Part shown: positions 48,537 to 58,171 of the stretch, one piece after another
Layout of the letters: every line of letters starts with the position of its first letter
How positions within the stretch are numbered: position 1 is the stretch's first letter
Origin: Thermoanaerobaculia bacterium
Lineage (GTDB): Bacteria > Acidobacteriota > Thermoanaerobaculia > Multivoradales > Multivoraceae
Assembly (NCBI GenBank): GCA_965116445.1
Contig: OZ220688.1
Location: 1,675,789-1,739,788 of the forward strand
Length of the DNA stretch: 64,000 bases
Direction: 5' to 3'
Position numbers and translations under genes: made by a program
Notes under the pieces: model-generated
The model's database searches: none
What the model was told of the DNA's origin: nothing
The model's input: only the letters and a program-made list of their open reading frames with translations

Positions 48537-49505
48537 TCACCCGAACAGGGCGGCCGCGAAGGGGCGCGGCTTGTAGTCGAGGAGGTCCTCCGCTCCCTCG
48601 CCAACGCCCAGCCAGGCGACCGGCAGGCGCAGATCGCGGGCGATCGCCACCGCCATGCCGCCCTTCGCCGTGCCGTCGAGCTTGGCCAGGAAGACGGCGT
48701 CGATCGGGACCGTCGCCCCGAACTCGCGCGCCTGCACCAGCGCGTTGTGGCCGTTGCCGGCATCGACCACGAGGAGGGTAAACACGTTCCAGGTGTCGCC
48801 GGCCGCCCGCCGGGCGACGCGATGCACCTTCGACAGTTCGTCCATCAGTTGACCGCGGGTGTGGAGGCGACCCGCCGTGTCGACGATCAGGTGATCCGTG
48901 CCCCGCGCCCCGGCCGCCTGGACGGCGTCGAACACGAGCGCCGCCGGGTCGCCGCCCGACGGGCGACGGACGACCTCGATCCCCAGCCGCTCGCCCCACA
49001 CTTCGAGCTGTTCCGCGGCGGCGGCGCGAAACGTGTCGCCGGCCGCGAAGAGGACCTTCTCGCCCCGGTCCAGGGATGCCCGCGCCAGCTTGGCGGCGGA
49101 GGTCGTCTTGCCCGAGCCGTTAACGCCCACCATCAGGGTGATGCGCGGGGTCGCCGGCAGCGCCGCGGGCGGCGCGTCGAGCAGCAGCACGGCCACCTCA
49201 TCGACCAGCATTTGCCGCAGGGCGAACTCGTCGCCGGCGGCGATCGGCCCCGAATCTCCCGCCTGACGCAACCGCTCGACGAGTTCGAGCGAGGTCTCGA
49301 CGCCCAGGTCCGATTCGATCAGGGTTTCCTCGAGCCGCTCCAGCACGTCTTCATCGATCCGCGCGGCGCCTCCGAGTGCGGCGCTGATCCGGCCGACCAG
49401 TCCCTTCCGGGTGCGGCCAAGACCCCGCCGCAGTCGGTTCAACAAGCCCCGCCGTCCTGCTTCCCGAGGGTCGCGCGACTCGTCCTCGACCGGCGGCGCG
49501 GCCAT
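48537..49505 (-). CDS. ftsY: Signal recognition particle receptor FtsY
   Basis: SRP54-type GTPase with GVNGSGKTTSAAKLA, DTAGR and AKLDGTAKGG. Start at ATG 49505. Confidence 0.85.
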   Translation of the reverse strand: MAAPPVEDESRDPREAGRRGLLNRLRRGLGRTRKGLVGRISAALGGAARIDEDVLERLEETLIESDLGVETSLELVERLRQAGDSGPIAAGDEFALRQMLVDEVAVLLLDAPPAALPATPRITLMVGVNGSGKTTSAAKLARASLDRGEKVLFAAGDTFRAAAAEQLEVWGERLGIEVVRRPSGGDPAALVFDAVQAAGARGTDHLIVDTAGRLHTRGQLMDELSKVHRVARRAAGDTWNVFTLLVVDAGNGHNALVQAREFGATVPIDAVFLAKLDGTAKGGMAVAIARDLRLPVAWLGVGEGAEDLLDYKPRPFAAALFG

Positions 49506-49528
49506 GCCGACACCTCCCGTCTCCACGG

Positions 49529-50704
49529 TCACCGCGCGCCCCCGGACGACGCGGCTCGGGAGTCTTCGAGAAAGGCCTGGAGTTCGGTCCGCACGACCGC
49601 CGGATCGAGGTCGGCGACGATCTCGCCCCGGCCCGGCGCCGCCGGCAGAATCCACACCAACCCGCTTTCTCGCGCCTTCTTGTCCCGCCCCATCGCGGCA
49701 AACAGCCGGTCGACCTGGAGGTGGACACCCATGTCGCGCTCCACGGGGCCAAGATCGGGCGGCCCCATTCGATCGATCAGCCGACTGAAGCGTTCCGCGA
49801 ACTCCGGATCCAGACCTCGCCCGAGGGCCAGGCGCAACACGAACCTCATGCCGTGCGCCACCGCGTCGCCGTGGCGCAGGCCCCGGTAACCGAACTCCGC
49901 TTCGATCGCGTGCCCCAGGGTGTGGCCGAAGTTGAGCAGCCGGCGGCGGTCGCCCTCTTCCAGGTCCGCTTCGACGACGTCCAGCTTGGCCTGGATCGAC
50001 GCCGCGACGACCGGCGTCAGCGCGTCCGCGTCGCCCGCGAGCAGCCGTTCGAGCGACTCCTCCGCCCGATCCAAAAGATCGAGATCAAGCAACGCCGCCA
50101 TCTTGACCACCTCGAACAGCCCGGCCCTCAGTTCGCCGACCGGCAGCGTGCGCAAGCTGTCGATGTCGGCAAGCACGAAGCGCGGATGGTGGAAGGCGCC
50201 GACCGTGTTCTTGCCGCCGGGCAGGTCGACCCCGGTCTTGCCGCCGACCGAGGCGTCGACCTGGGCGAGCAGCGTCGTCGGAATCTGGACGTACTCGATG
50301 CCGCGCAGGAAACAGGCCGCGACGAAGCCGCCGAGATCGCCCACCGACCCGCCGCCGAGCGTGACCATCCGACTGTCACGCTTGCCGCCGCGATCGAGCA
50401 TCTCCCGCCAGACCGAGGCGGCGCACTCGACCGTCTTCGCCGCCTCGCCGTCAGGCGCCTCGATCGTCTCGATCCGGGCCGCGCCCGCGCTCTCGAGCAA
50501 GTGCCGTGCCGCGGCGCCGCAGTGACGATCGGGCACCTCGCTCGTAAGCAGGAACACGACCCGGCCCCGGCACCACGCCGCCACGCCAGCGAGCGCGCCC
50601 TGGGCGCCCGCGGCCAACAGACCCGGGCCGACGAAGATCTCGCTCACGCCCCGCGGATGGGCGAGATTCAGACGGTACGGCTCGTCCGCGCCGTGCCCCG
50701 CCAA
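49529..50704 (-). CDS. aroB: 3-dehydroquinate synthase
   Basis: GGGSVGDLGGFVAA and VGGKTGVDL motifs with metal-binding His residues. Confidence 0.85.
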   Translation of the reverse strand: MAGHGADEPYRLNLAHPRGVSEIFVGPGLLAAGAQGALAGVAAWCRGRVVFLLTSEVPDRHCGAAARHLLESAGAARIETIEAPDGEAAKTVECAASVWREMLDRGGKRDSRMVTLGGGSVGDLGGFVAACFLRGIEYVQIPTTLLAQVDASVGGKTGVDLPGGKNTVGAFHHPRFVLADIDSLRTLPVGELRAGLFEVVKMAALLDLDLLDRAEESLERLLAGDADALTPVVAASIQAKLDVVEADLEEGDRRRLLNFGHTLGHAIEAEFGYRGLRHGDAVAHGMRFVLRLALGRGLDPEFAERFSRLIDRMGPPDLGPVERDMGVHLQVDRLFAAMGRDKKARESGLVWILPAAPGRGEIVADLDPAVVRTELQAFLEDSRAASSGGAR

Positions 50705-50711
50705 GGCTGCC

Positions 50712-52517
50712 TCACCCTCCGGCCCGAGGGCGCATGCGTAGCCCCAAGTCGAGCAACTGCTCCTGGTCGACCGTCGAAGGCGCCTCGGTCATCAGGCACA
50801 ACGCCGACGCCGTCTTCGGGAAGGCGATCACGTCGCGCAGCGAGCCGGCCCCGGCCATCAGCATGACGATCCGGTCGACGCCGAGGGCGATGCCGCCGTG
50901 CGGCGGTGCTCCGTAGCTGAGCGCCTCGAACAGGAACCCGAAACGCCGCTGCGCCTCCTCGGCGTCGATCCCGAGCAGCGCAAGCACCCGCTTCTGCAGT
51001 TCCCGCTCGTGAATCCGGATCGAGCCGCCCCCGATCTCATTGCCGTTGAGCACAACATCGTAGGCGCGCGAGCGAACCGAGCCCGGATCACTCTCCAGAC
51101 TGTCGAGGTCGGCCATGCGGGGCGACGTGAACGGATGATGCGTCGCGTTCCAGCGCCCCTCGTCGCCGTTCCAGTCGACCAGGGGAAAGTCGTGTACCCA
51201 CAGGAACTCGTGGGCATCCTCGCGCATCTGGCCGAAGCGCCGGCCGACTTCCTCCCGCAACGCACCGAGTGCGGCCGCCGCGGTCGGCGCCGGGCCGGCG
51301 ACCAGGAGGCCCATCCCGCCCTCCTCGACGCCGAGTCGGTCGGCGAGCGTCTCGACCTGCGCCGGAGTCAGCGCGTTCTTGACCAGGAACGACGGCGCGC
51401 CGTTCTCGCGCTTGACCCAGAGCACGCCCTGGGCGCCGTAGCGCCGGGCGATGTCGGCGTATTCGTCGACCTGCCGCCGGCTCGACCCGGCGGCCCCCGG
51501 TATGTGCACGCCACGCACCACTCCGCCGGCGCCGATCGCCGCCTGGAAGGCGCGGAACTCCGTCTCCCGCAGACAGTCCGTCACGTCCGCGATCTCGAGG
51601 TCTACCCGCAGGTCAGGACGGTCCGAGCCGTAGCGCGACATCGCGTCGTCGTACGAAAGACGCGGGTAGGAGGCCGGCGGCGTGATCCCGGCGAGCGGGA
51701 AAACACGCGAGAACAGGCCCTCGACGAGGCTGTAGACATCCTCCTCGTCCACGAAGGACATCTCCACGTCGATCTGGGTGAACTCGGGCTGACGGTCGGC
51801 CCGCAGGTCCTCGTCGCGGAAGCAGCGGGCGAACTGGACGTAGCGCTCGAGGCCGCTGACCATCAGGATCTGCTTGAACAACTGCGGCGACTGCGGCAGG
51901 GCGTAGAAGTTGCCGTGGTTCAGGCGACTCGGGACCAGGTAGTCGCGGGCCCCTTCCGGGGTCGAACGGGTGAGCATCGGCGTCTCCACGTTGACGAAGC
52001 CCTGCTCCCGGAAGTAGGCGAGCGACTCGATCGTGAAGTCGGACCGCAGCCGCAGGTTGCGCTGCAGGCCTTCCCGCCGCAGATCGAGGAAGCGGTACTT
52101 GAGGCGCGTCTCCTCGCTCGCGTCCTGCGCACCCTCCATCGCGAAGGGCATCGGCTCGGAACGCGCCAGGATCCGGCCCTCCCGGACCTGCACCTCGATC
52201 TCGCCGGTCGCCATCTTCGGGTTGACCTTGTCCGGGTCGCGCCGTACCACGTCGCCCTCGACCTCGACGACGTACTCGAGACGTGCGGGCTGCAGAACCT
52301 CGGCCGCATCCGGCGTGCTCTCCGGATGGACGACGGCCTGGACGACACCGCTCCGGTCACGCACGTCGAGGAAGATCACGCCGCCGTGATCGCGGCGGCG
52401 GTGGACCCACCCCTGGACCTTCGCCTGTTCGCCGACCTGGTCGGTCGTCAGGGTTCCTGCCTTGGTTCTCTTCACGTGCTTGCCCGATGTGTTGTGTTGT
52501 TGGCCGCGGGCGCTCAC
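50712..52517 (-). CDS. aspS: Aspartate--tRNA ligase
   Basis: N-terminal OB fold (VQGWVHRRRDHGGVIFLDVRD) and class II core with the GAD insertion domain. Confidence 0.85.
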   Translation of the reverse strand: MSARGQQHNTSGKHVKRTKAGTLTTDQVGEQAKVQGWVHRRRDHGGVIFLDVRDRSGVVQAVVHPESTPDAAEVLQPARLEYVVEVEGDVVRRDPDKVNPKMATGEIEVQVREGRILARSEPMPFAMEGAQDASEETRLKYRFLDLRREGLQRNLRLRSDFTIESLAYFREQGFVNVETPMLTRSTPEGARDYLVPSRLNHGNFYALPQSPQLFKQILMVSGLERYVQFARCFRDEDLRADRQPEFTQIDVEMSFVDEEDVYSLVEGLFSRVFPLAGITPPASYPRLSYDDAMSRYGSDRPDLRVDLEIADVTDCLRETEFRAFQAAIGAGGVVRGVHIPGAAGSSRRQVDEYADIARRYGAQGVLWVKRENGAPSFLVKNALTPAQVETLADRLGVEEGGMGLLVAGPAPTAAAALGALREEVGRRFGQMREDAHEFLWVHDFPLVDWNGDEGRWNATHHPFTSPRMADLDSLESDPGSVRSRAYDVVLNGNEIGGGSIRIHERELQKRVLALLGIDAEEAQRRFGFLFEALSYGAPPHGGIALGVDRIVMLMAGAGSLRDVIAFPKTASALCLMTEAPSTVDQEQLLDLGLRMRPRAGG

Positions 52518-52565
52518 CCTCGGACGGCCACCGCGTCGAAGTCCCGGATACTCGCACAGTCGAGG

Positions 52566-53840
52566 CTACTCGCGGGAGAACATCCTCTCTTGTACCGCTT
52601 TGGCAAAACCGTTGCGCGGGACCGTCTCTTGGAAGCCGCCGCTCAGGCTCTTCAACACCGCAGTCCCCGCCGCCTGTTCGTTTTCGCCGATGAGCACAAT
52701 CCAGTCATAGCCGCTGCGGTCGGCCTTCCTCAAGGCAGCCTTGAGTGCCTTGGGCGGAGCAAGTTCAGCAACCGCCATCTGTCCTGCGTCGCGGAGCTCC
52801 TCTGCCAAATCCAACGCGTCCCGCAGGCAGGAAGCTCCGAGCGGAATCACACACACCGGTGGCACGACGATACTGAGGCCAGAGGAAAGCAGTTCCACCA
52901 GTCGATCCTGACCGATCGCGAAGCCGATACCGGGCACCGCGGGACCACCGAGCTCGCCGATCAGCCCGTCGTAGCGACCGCCACCCAAGATTGCATTCTG
53001 CGCCCCCAGCCCCGCTGAGCTGATCTCGAACACGGTCCGCGTGTAGTAGTCGAGACCTCGCACCAGCTTGTCGTCGACCTTGTAAGTGATAGCAAGCCGT
53101 TCGAGCAGCTCGCATACAACAGCAAAATGCTCCCGGGCTGCCCGGCCCAGCGAATCGCGCAACCGGGGTGCCCCTTCGAGTATCTTCCGCTCCTTTGGCA
53201 CCTTCGTATCCAGGATTCGGAGAGGATTCGTCTCCAGGCGACGCCGGCTGTCCGCGCCGAGCTCGCCACGATACGGTTCAAGATACTCCCGCAAACGCTG
53301 TGCGTAGTGCTGCCGGCACTCCGGGTCGCCAACTGAGTTGAGTCCCACCTCCAGGTCGTCGAAGTTCAACTCGGACAGGAAGCGCAACAGCATGGCCAGC
53401 AACTCGGCGTCGCTGTAGGGGCCCGGATCGCCGATCAACTCCGCGCCGATCTGGTGGAACTGCCGGTAGCGCCCCGCCTGCGGTCGCTCGTACCGGAAGT
53501 GCGGCCCCATGTAGAAGACCTTGACTGGCTGAGGCCCAGACGCCATGTTGTGCTGCAGGTAGGCCCGCGCCACCGCAGCCGTGCTCTCGGGCCGAAGTGT
53601 CAGGCTGCGGCCCTTCTTGTCGTCGAAGGTGTACATCTGCTTGCCGACGATCTCGCTGCCCTCGCCCACACTGCGCACGAACAGTTCCGTGTCCTCGACC
53701 ACCGGCGTCCGCAACTCCTCGTAGCCATACAGTCGGAAGACCGAGCGCGCTGTCTCCTCAACCATCGCGAAGAGGCGTACTTCGCGCGACAGCAGGTCCC
53801 GCATCCCCTTGACGGTCTGGAATCGTCGCTTCGCAGCCAT
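52566..53840 (-). CDS. hisS: Histidine--tRNA ligase
   Basis: Class II motifs and HisS-specific sequences (GGRYDGL, AIGQDRL); C-terminal anticodon-binding domain. Start at the internal ATG (MAAKRRFQTVKGMRD). Confidence 0.85.
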   Translation of the reverse strand: MAAKRRFQTVKGMRDLLSREVRLFAMVEETARSVFRLYGYEELRTPVVEDTELFVRSVGEGSEIVGKQMYTFDDKKGRSLTLRPESTAAVARAYLQHNMASGPQPVKVFYMGPHFRYERPQAGRYRQFHQIGAELIGDPGPYSDAELLAMLLRFLSELNFDDLEVGLNSVGDPECRQHYAQRLREYLEPYRGELGADSRRRLETNPLRILDTKVPKERKILEGAPRLRDSLGRAAREHFAVVCELLERLAITYKVDDKLVRGLDYYTRTVFEISSAGLGAQNAILGGGRYDGLIGELGGPAVPGIGFAIGQDRLVELLSSGLSIVVPPVCVIPLGASCLRDALDLAEELRDAGQMAVAELAPPKALKAALRKADRSGYDWIVLIGENEQAAGTAVLKSLSGGFQETVPRNGFAKAVQERMFSRE

Positions 53841-53971
53841 GGGGCCGATCGTATCCATCCTGGGATCAGACCCTGCTGTGGAGCCGGCAGTCAAGGCGGA
53901 GCCGGCCTCGCGGCCGGCGCGTCTTCAGGCCGCCTTCGGCGGCAGGTGGCGCGACCCCGCTCTCCAGTCGG

Positions 53972-54568
53972 TCAGCCCTTTGCGAACACCCGGTCCACGG
54001 TCGCCCAGAGCGCGTCCATTTCGAGTTCGATCTCGGGAACCGCGACGGACCGGTAGCGCGACCCGTCCGGCGTCCGCTCGACGAACTCCTCGTCCTCGCG
54101 AACCAGGAAGCTGATCCGGCGCTGTTTCGGATCGACCACCCAGTACTCGCCGACCCCGTGCTCGCGGTAGAGGTTCAGCTTGTAGACCCGATCGCGTGAG
54201 GCGGTGCCGGGGGAGAGCACCTCGACGAGCAGATCGGGCGGCCCCTCCACCCAGCTCTGGATGAAGTCGCGCCGTCGGCGCGAAATGAAGATCACGTCCG
54301 GCTGCACCACGGAGTGATCGACGAGGTGGACGTCCATCGGCGCCACCATGGCCACACCGTCGGTGCGATCCGCCACATCGGCGAAAAGTCGGAACAGTTG
54401 ACCCACGATGATCTGGTGGACGGCTAGCGGGCTCGCACTCAGGTAGAACCTCCCGTAGAGGAGTTCGCAACGCGGTTCGTCGGGCAGGGCCATGTAGTCG
54501 CGGCGGCGGTACGGACCCAGACTGCGCGGCAAGGCCCGCGGCGGCTGGTCGAGCAACGTCACGGTCAT
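53972..54568 (-). CDS. Uma2 family (DUF820) putative restriction-endonuclease-like protein
   Basis: Conserved Uma2 segments (PELLYGRFY, PDVIFISRRR, PDLLVEVLSPGT..D). Start at the internal ATG (MTVTLLDQP). Confidence 0.7.
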   Translation of the reverse strand: MTVTLLDQPPRALPRSLGPYRRRDYMALPDEPRCELLYGRFYLSASPLAVHQIIVGQLFRLFADVADRTDGVAMVAPMDVHLVDHSVVQPDVIFISRRRRDFIQSWVEGPPDLLVEVLSPGTASRDRVYKLNLYREHGVGEYWVVDPKQRRISFLVREDEEFVERTPDGSRYRSVAVPEIELEMDALWATVDRVFAKG

Positions 54569-54730
54569 GCAGAGAAGTATACGGAGCGGTGTCGGCGGCC
54601 GCCCAAGTAGCGGCGAAACGGACAAGAACCGTTGACAGAATGACCCCATCGCGACCGTGTCTGCCGTTCGCCTGGCCGGGGTAGACGTCATCCGGTTCGG
54701 TGGTAGCGTCCCTGCAGGGACGAGCCACAG

Positions 54731-55861
54731 GTGCAGATCGAACTCTCCGAACGCCAGCGCGCCACCGTCGCCGCCGCGGCAACGATCGCCGCGGCCGCCG
54801 TCATCCTCGCCGCAGTCGTTGCGCTGTTCTGGGCCATCGGCGGTTTCTTCGCCGCCTTCTCGAACGTCTTCCTGCCGCTGGCGATCGCGGCAGTTCTGGC
54901 GTTCGTGTTGCGGCCCTACTACGAGCTGCTGAACGAGCGGTTGCGGTTCCCGAGAATCCTCGCGGTGGCAACCGTGCTGCTGTCCCTGCTCCTCCCGATC
55001 GTCGGTTTCGCCTGGTTCTTCGGCTCGATGGCGGCGTCACAGATCGACGAGCTGTTCGAGGCGCTCCCTGATGCGTGGGACCGCCTCGTCGCCTGGACGG
55101 CCGACATCTCGCCCGTCGTGACCGACTTCCTGGAAACGAACCCGGTCGCGATCAGGGTCCAGGAGGCATTCGAGGGCGGGGATTCGAACTTGCTCGCGAG
55201 CTTCGGCATCGTCGGCGACACGGCACTGGACGTTCTCCAGAGCATCGGCGCCGGCCTCGCTTCGCTCTTCGCCTGGGCGGTCCTGCCGGTCTACCTCTGC
55301 TTCTTCCTGATCGTCGAACCCGACCGGTTCCGCAAGCTGGACCACCTCTTCCCCTTCCTCAAGCCGAGGACCCGGGAGGACGTGATCTACCTGATCCAGG
55401 AGTTCATCGACATCCTGGTCGCCTTCTTCCGCGGCCAGCTCGTCATCGCCTTTCTCCAGGGCGCGCTCTTCGCGATCGGCTTCCAGGTCGCCGGTCTGCG
55501 CTACGGCCTGGTCCTGGGCCTGATGCTCGGCTTCCTGAACATCATTCCCTACCTCGGGAGCATCGTCGGCCTGGCCGTGGCGCTGCCGATCGGCTACTTG
55601 CAAGAGGGTGGCGGGCTCGATCTCGTGATCTGGGTCGTCGTCGTCTTCGCGCTCGTCCAGCTCATCGAGGCCTACGTGCTGACGCCCCGGATCATGGGCG
55701 ACCGCACCGGATTACACCCGATGGCGATCATCGTCGCCGTGTTCTTCTGGGGCTCGGCCCTCAACGGCATCGCCGGCATGATCCTCGCGATCCCCTTGAC
55801 CGCGTTCCTCGTCGTCTTCTGGCGCCTGGCGCGGGAGCGCTACATCGGCGAGGTGCTGTAG
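54731..55861 (+). CDS. AI-2E family transporter (PerM/UPF0118)
   Basis: Eight predicted TM helices and family motifs (LNIIPYLGSIVG, LTPRIMGDRTGLHPMAII). Confidence 0.8.
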   Translation: MQIELSERQRATVAAAATIAAAAVILAAVVALFWAIGGFFAAFSNVFLPLAIAAVLAFVLRPYYELLNERLRFPRILAVATVLLSLLLPIVGFAWFFGSMAASQIDELFEALPDAWDRLVAWTADISPVVTDFLETNPVAIRVQEAFEGGDSNLLASFGIVGDTALDVLQSIGAGLASLFAWAVLPVYLCFFLIVEPDRFRKLDHLFPFLKPRTREDVIYLIQEFIDILVAFFRGQLVIAFLQGALFAIGFQVAGLRYGLVLGLMLGFLNIIPYLGSIVGLAVALPIGYLQEGGGLDLVIWVVVVFALVQLIEAYVLTPRIMGDRTGLHPMAIIVAVFFWGSALNGIAGMILAIPLTAFLVVFWRLARERYIGEVL

Positions 55862-56007
55862 GCGACTCCAAGGACCGCGAAAGCAGAGGCGGCTTGGCGT
55901 CCGGCTCGCCATCGGTTGCAGCGGAGTTCGACGACGACAGCGGGGCCGTGTTACGCTACGCAACACCGTTACGTTCCGTCACGCATTGACGGAGGGCAAC
56001 TGAGACC

Positions 56008-56739
56008 ATGGCCGGGGCGGTTCTTCTATCGATCAAGCTCACCGCGCGGCTAGCCGAGGTGACGGTGGCCGCGGTCAGGGCTGCCATTCGTCGTGGCCGC
56101 CTGAAGGCAGTGACGCTCGCAAAGGCCGAGCGCACGGCGGTCCGGTTCGTCGACCTGCGGGAGGCTGCTCGCTACTACGGGTGGCCCCCGGCACTCGTGA
56201 ACCGCCTGGAGGACGAAATGAGGACCGGGGTTCCCGAGGGCCAGACGGTCTACAAGATGGACGAGCGGCCGGACAGGCTCTCCGGCGAAAGCCAAAGTAG
56301 CTCTTTGCAGGACGTCGCTTCTTCTGTCGTGGCCGATCCGGCAGGCCCCGAATCCGAGAGCGGCGTGTCAACAGCACCGCTCGCCGGATCCGCTGGTCCG
56401 GCTTCTCAAGCTCACGATGCCGCACCTGAACCGGACCTGACCACCGATCCGAGATCGGCGCATGGCGCCTGGCAGCGCGCAGCGACGGAGCTGGCCGGCG
56501 TCGACCACATGCCGGCCGAAGCTCCTGCGGGTTTCCGGCTCATCCTTCCCCGCGAGACCGCCGCGCTCCAGCCGCGAGAGGTGTACGACCTCGTCGTGGA
56601 CGGCGAGGTCGTGGGAACGATCGCGGACAAAGGACTCGCAACCTACGTCAGGGAGAAGTGCTTCCGGGGCGAGGTCTTCGTCGACGGCAGAGGGGCGGTC
56701 AAGTGGCGGCCGCGGGTACCTCTGAAGGCCGAGGCGTGA
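56008..56739 (+). CDS. Hypothetical protein with an N-terminal excisionase/MerR-like helix-turn-helix
   Basis: The N-terminus LSIKLTARLAEVTVAAVRAAIRRGRLKAV resembles HTH_17 DNA-binding modules. The remainder is Ala/Pro/Ser-rich and unassigned. Confidence 0.4.
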   Translation: MAGAVLLSIKLTARLAEVTVAAVRAAIRRGRLKAVTLAKAERTAVRFVDLREAARYYGWPPALVNRLEDEMRTGVPEGQTVYKMDERPDRLSGESQSSSLQDVASSVVADPAGPESESGVSTAPLAGSAGPASQAHDAAPEPDLTTDPRSAHGAWQRAATELAGVDHMPAEAPAGFRLILPRETAALQPREVYDLVVDGEVVGTIADKGLATYVREKCFRGEVFVDGRGAVKWRPRVPLKAEA

Positions 56740-56779
56740 CACCGATCTCTCCTCCTGGAAAGGAGAGAACAGAGCCCAC

Positions 56780-58150
56780 ATGACCCGAGATCTGGAACTT
56801 CTCCGACTCGCCTTCGACGCGCAGCTTGCAGACGGGCTGGAAAGTGCCGGCCCGTCCTTCACTCCGCGACGCGTCTTCGGTCGTGTCCGCATGCCGGGCA
56901 AGGTCACCTCGGTAATCGGCATGCGGCGTGCGGGAAAGACGACATTCCTGCACCAGTTGAGGGCCGAGAGAATCGCGCACGGCGCGGCGCCCTGGCAGGT
57001 TCCCTTCCTGCGCCTCGAGGACGAACGTTTCGCGGAACTGGACGCAGTCACTCTCGGCGTCCTGATGGACGAGTACCCGAGCCGCTACCTGGAGAGTGCC
57101 AGCGTGGCGCCCGAAGCCTGGTTCCTCGACGAAATCCAGGTCGTTCCCGGGTGGGAGCGGCTTGTGAGACGGCTGTTGGACTCCAGCCCCGGCGACCTGC
57201 ACATCTCAGGCTCCTCCGCCGCTCTTCTCTCTCACGAGATCGCCACCGAGCTGCGAGGGCGCGGATGGAAGGTGCTCATCCATCCGTTCAGCTTCGAAGA
57301 GGCTCTTCGGCACGGCGGAACACCTCCGCCTTCCGATCCGCAAGCCGCGACGATGGAAGAAGAGGACCGACTGGAATCGGGCCTCCGGCGCTGGCTGCAG
57401 ACCGGAGGATTCCCGGAAGTTCAGGGCCTGCCCCTGGCGCCACGGCTGCAACTGCTCCGTGACTACGTTGACGTGGCCATCCTGCGGGATGTCGTTGACC
57501 GCCACGCGGTCCGCAACGTGACGGGCCTGCGCTGGCTGGCCCGCCATCTGCTGGCGAACGCAGCGTCCTCCTTCAGCGTCGAGAAGTTCCACGCCAGGCT
57601 GAGGTCGCAGGGGATCGCCATCGCCAAGGACACCGTGCACGACTACCTTGCCTACCTGGAGGACTGCTTCCTCGTGCGGACCGTGTGGATGGAGGCGAAC
57701 TCGGAGCGCCAGCGCATGGCGAATCCACGCAAAGCCTACCCCGTGGACGCCGGCCTGATCCCGGCCTTCGATCGCACGGGCAAAGCCAACCTGGGACACG
57801 CGCTGGAAACTGCGATCCTGATCGAGTTGGAGCGTCGGCAATGCGACGTGACGTACGTGCGGACGCCGGGAGGCTACGAAGTGGACTTTCTCGCCCGGTC
57901 GCCGAGCGGCGGAGCAGAGTTGATTCAGGTCTGCGCCGATGCTTCGGACGCCAAGACCGCGACCAGAGAACTTCGGGCGCTCACCGCCGCGGGGGACAGC
58001 TTCCCCAGCGCACGCAAACGGCTGCTGACGCTCACGAGATCGGGCTTCCCCGCCGAACTTGACGGAGACATCGAGGCGCAACCGGCCTACGAGTGGCTAC
58101 TCGGCGACTCACCGGTCGAGGCAGAGCCGCCGGCTGCAGGCTGGCGTTAG
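56780..58150 (+). CDS. AAA-family ATP-binding protein with a DUF4143 domain (COG1373-type)
   Basis: P-loop VIGMRRAGKTT, Walker B FLDEIQ and a C-terminal DUF4143-like region with acidic/His residues (VDFLARS...). Confidence 0.7.
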   Translation: MTRDLELLRLAFDAQLADGLESAGPSFTPRRVFGRVRMPGKVTSVIGMRRAGKTTFLHQLRAERIAHGAAPWQVPFLRLEDERFAELDAVTLGVLMDEYPSRYLESASVAPEAWFLDEIQVVPGWERLVRRLLDSSPGDLHISGSSAALLSHEIATELRGRGWKVLIHPFSFEEALRHGGTPPPSDPQAATMEEEDRLESGLRRWLQTGGFPEVQGLPLAPRLQLLRDYVDVAILRDVVDRHAVRNVTGLRWLARHLLANAASSFSVEKFHARLRSQGIAIAKDTVHDYLAYLEDCFLVRTVWMEANSERQRMANPRKAYPVDAGLIPAFDRTGKANLGHALETAILIELERRQCDVTYVRTPGGYEVDFLARSPSGGAELIQVCADASDAKTATRELRALTAAGDSFPSARKRLLTLTRSGFPAELDGDIEAQPAYEWLLGDSPVEAEPPAAGWR

Positions 58151-58171
58151 GCCCACCCGGACAGGCACGGG

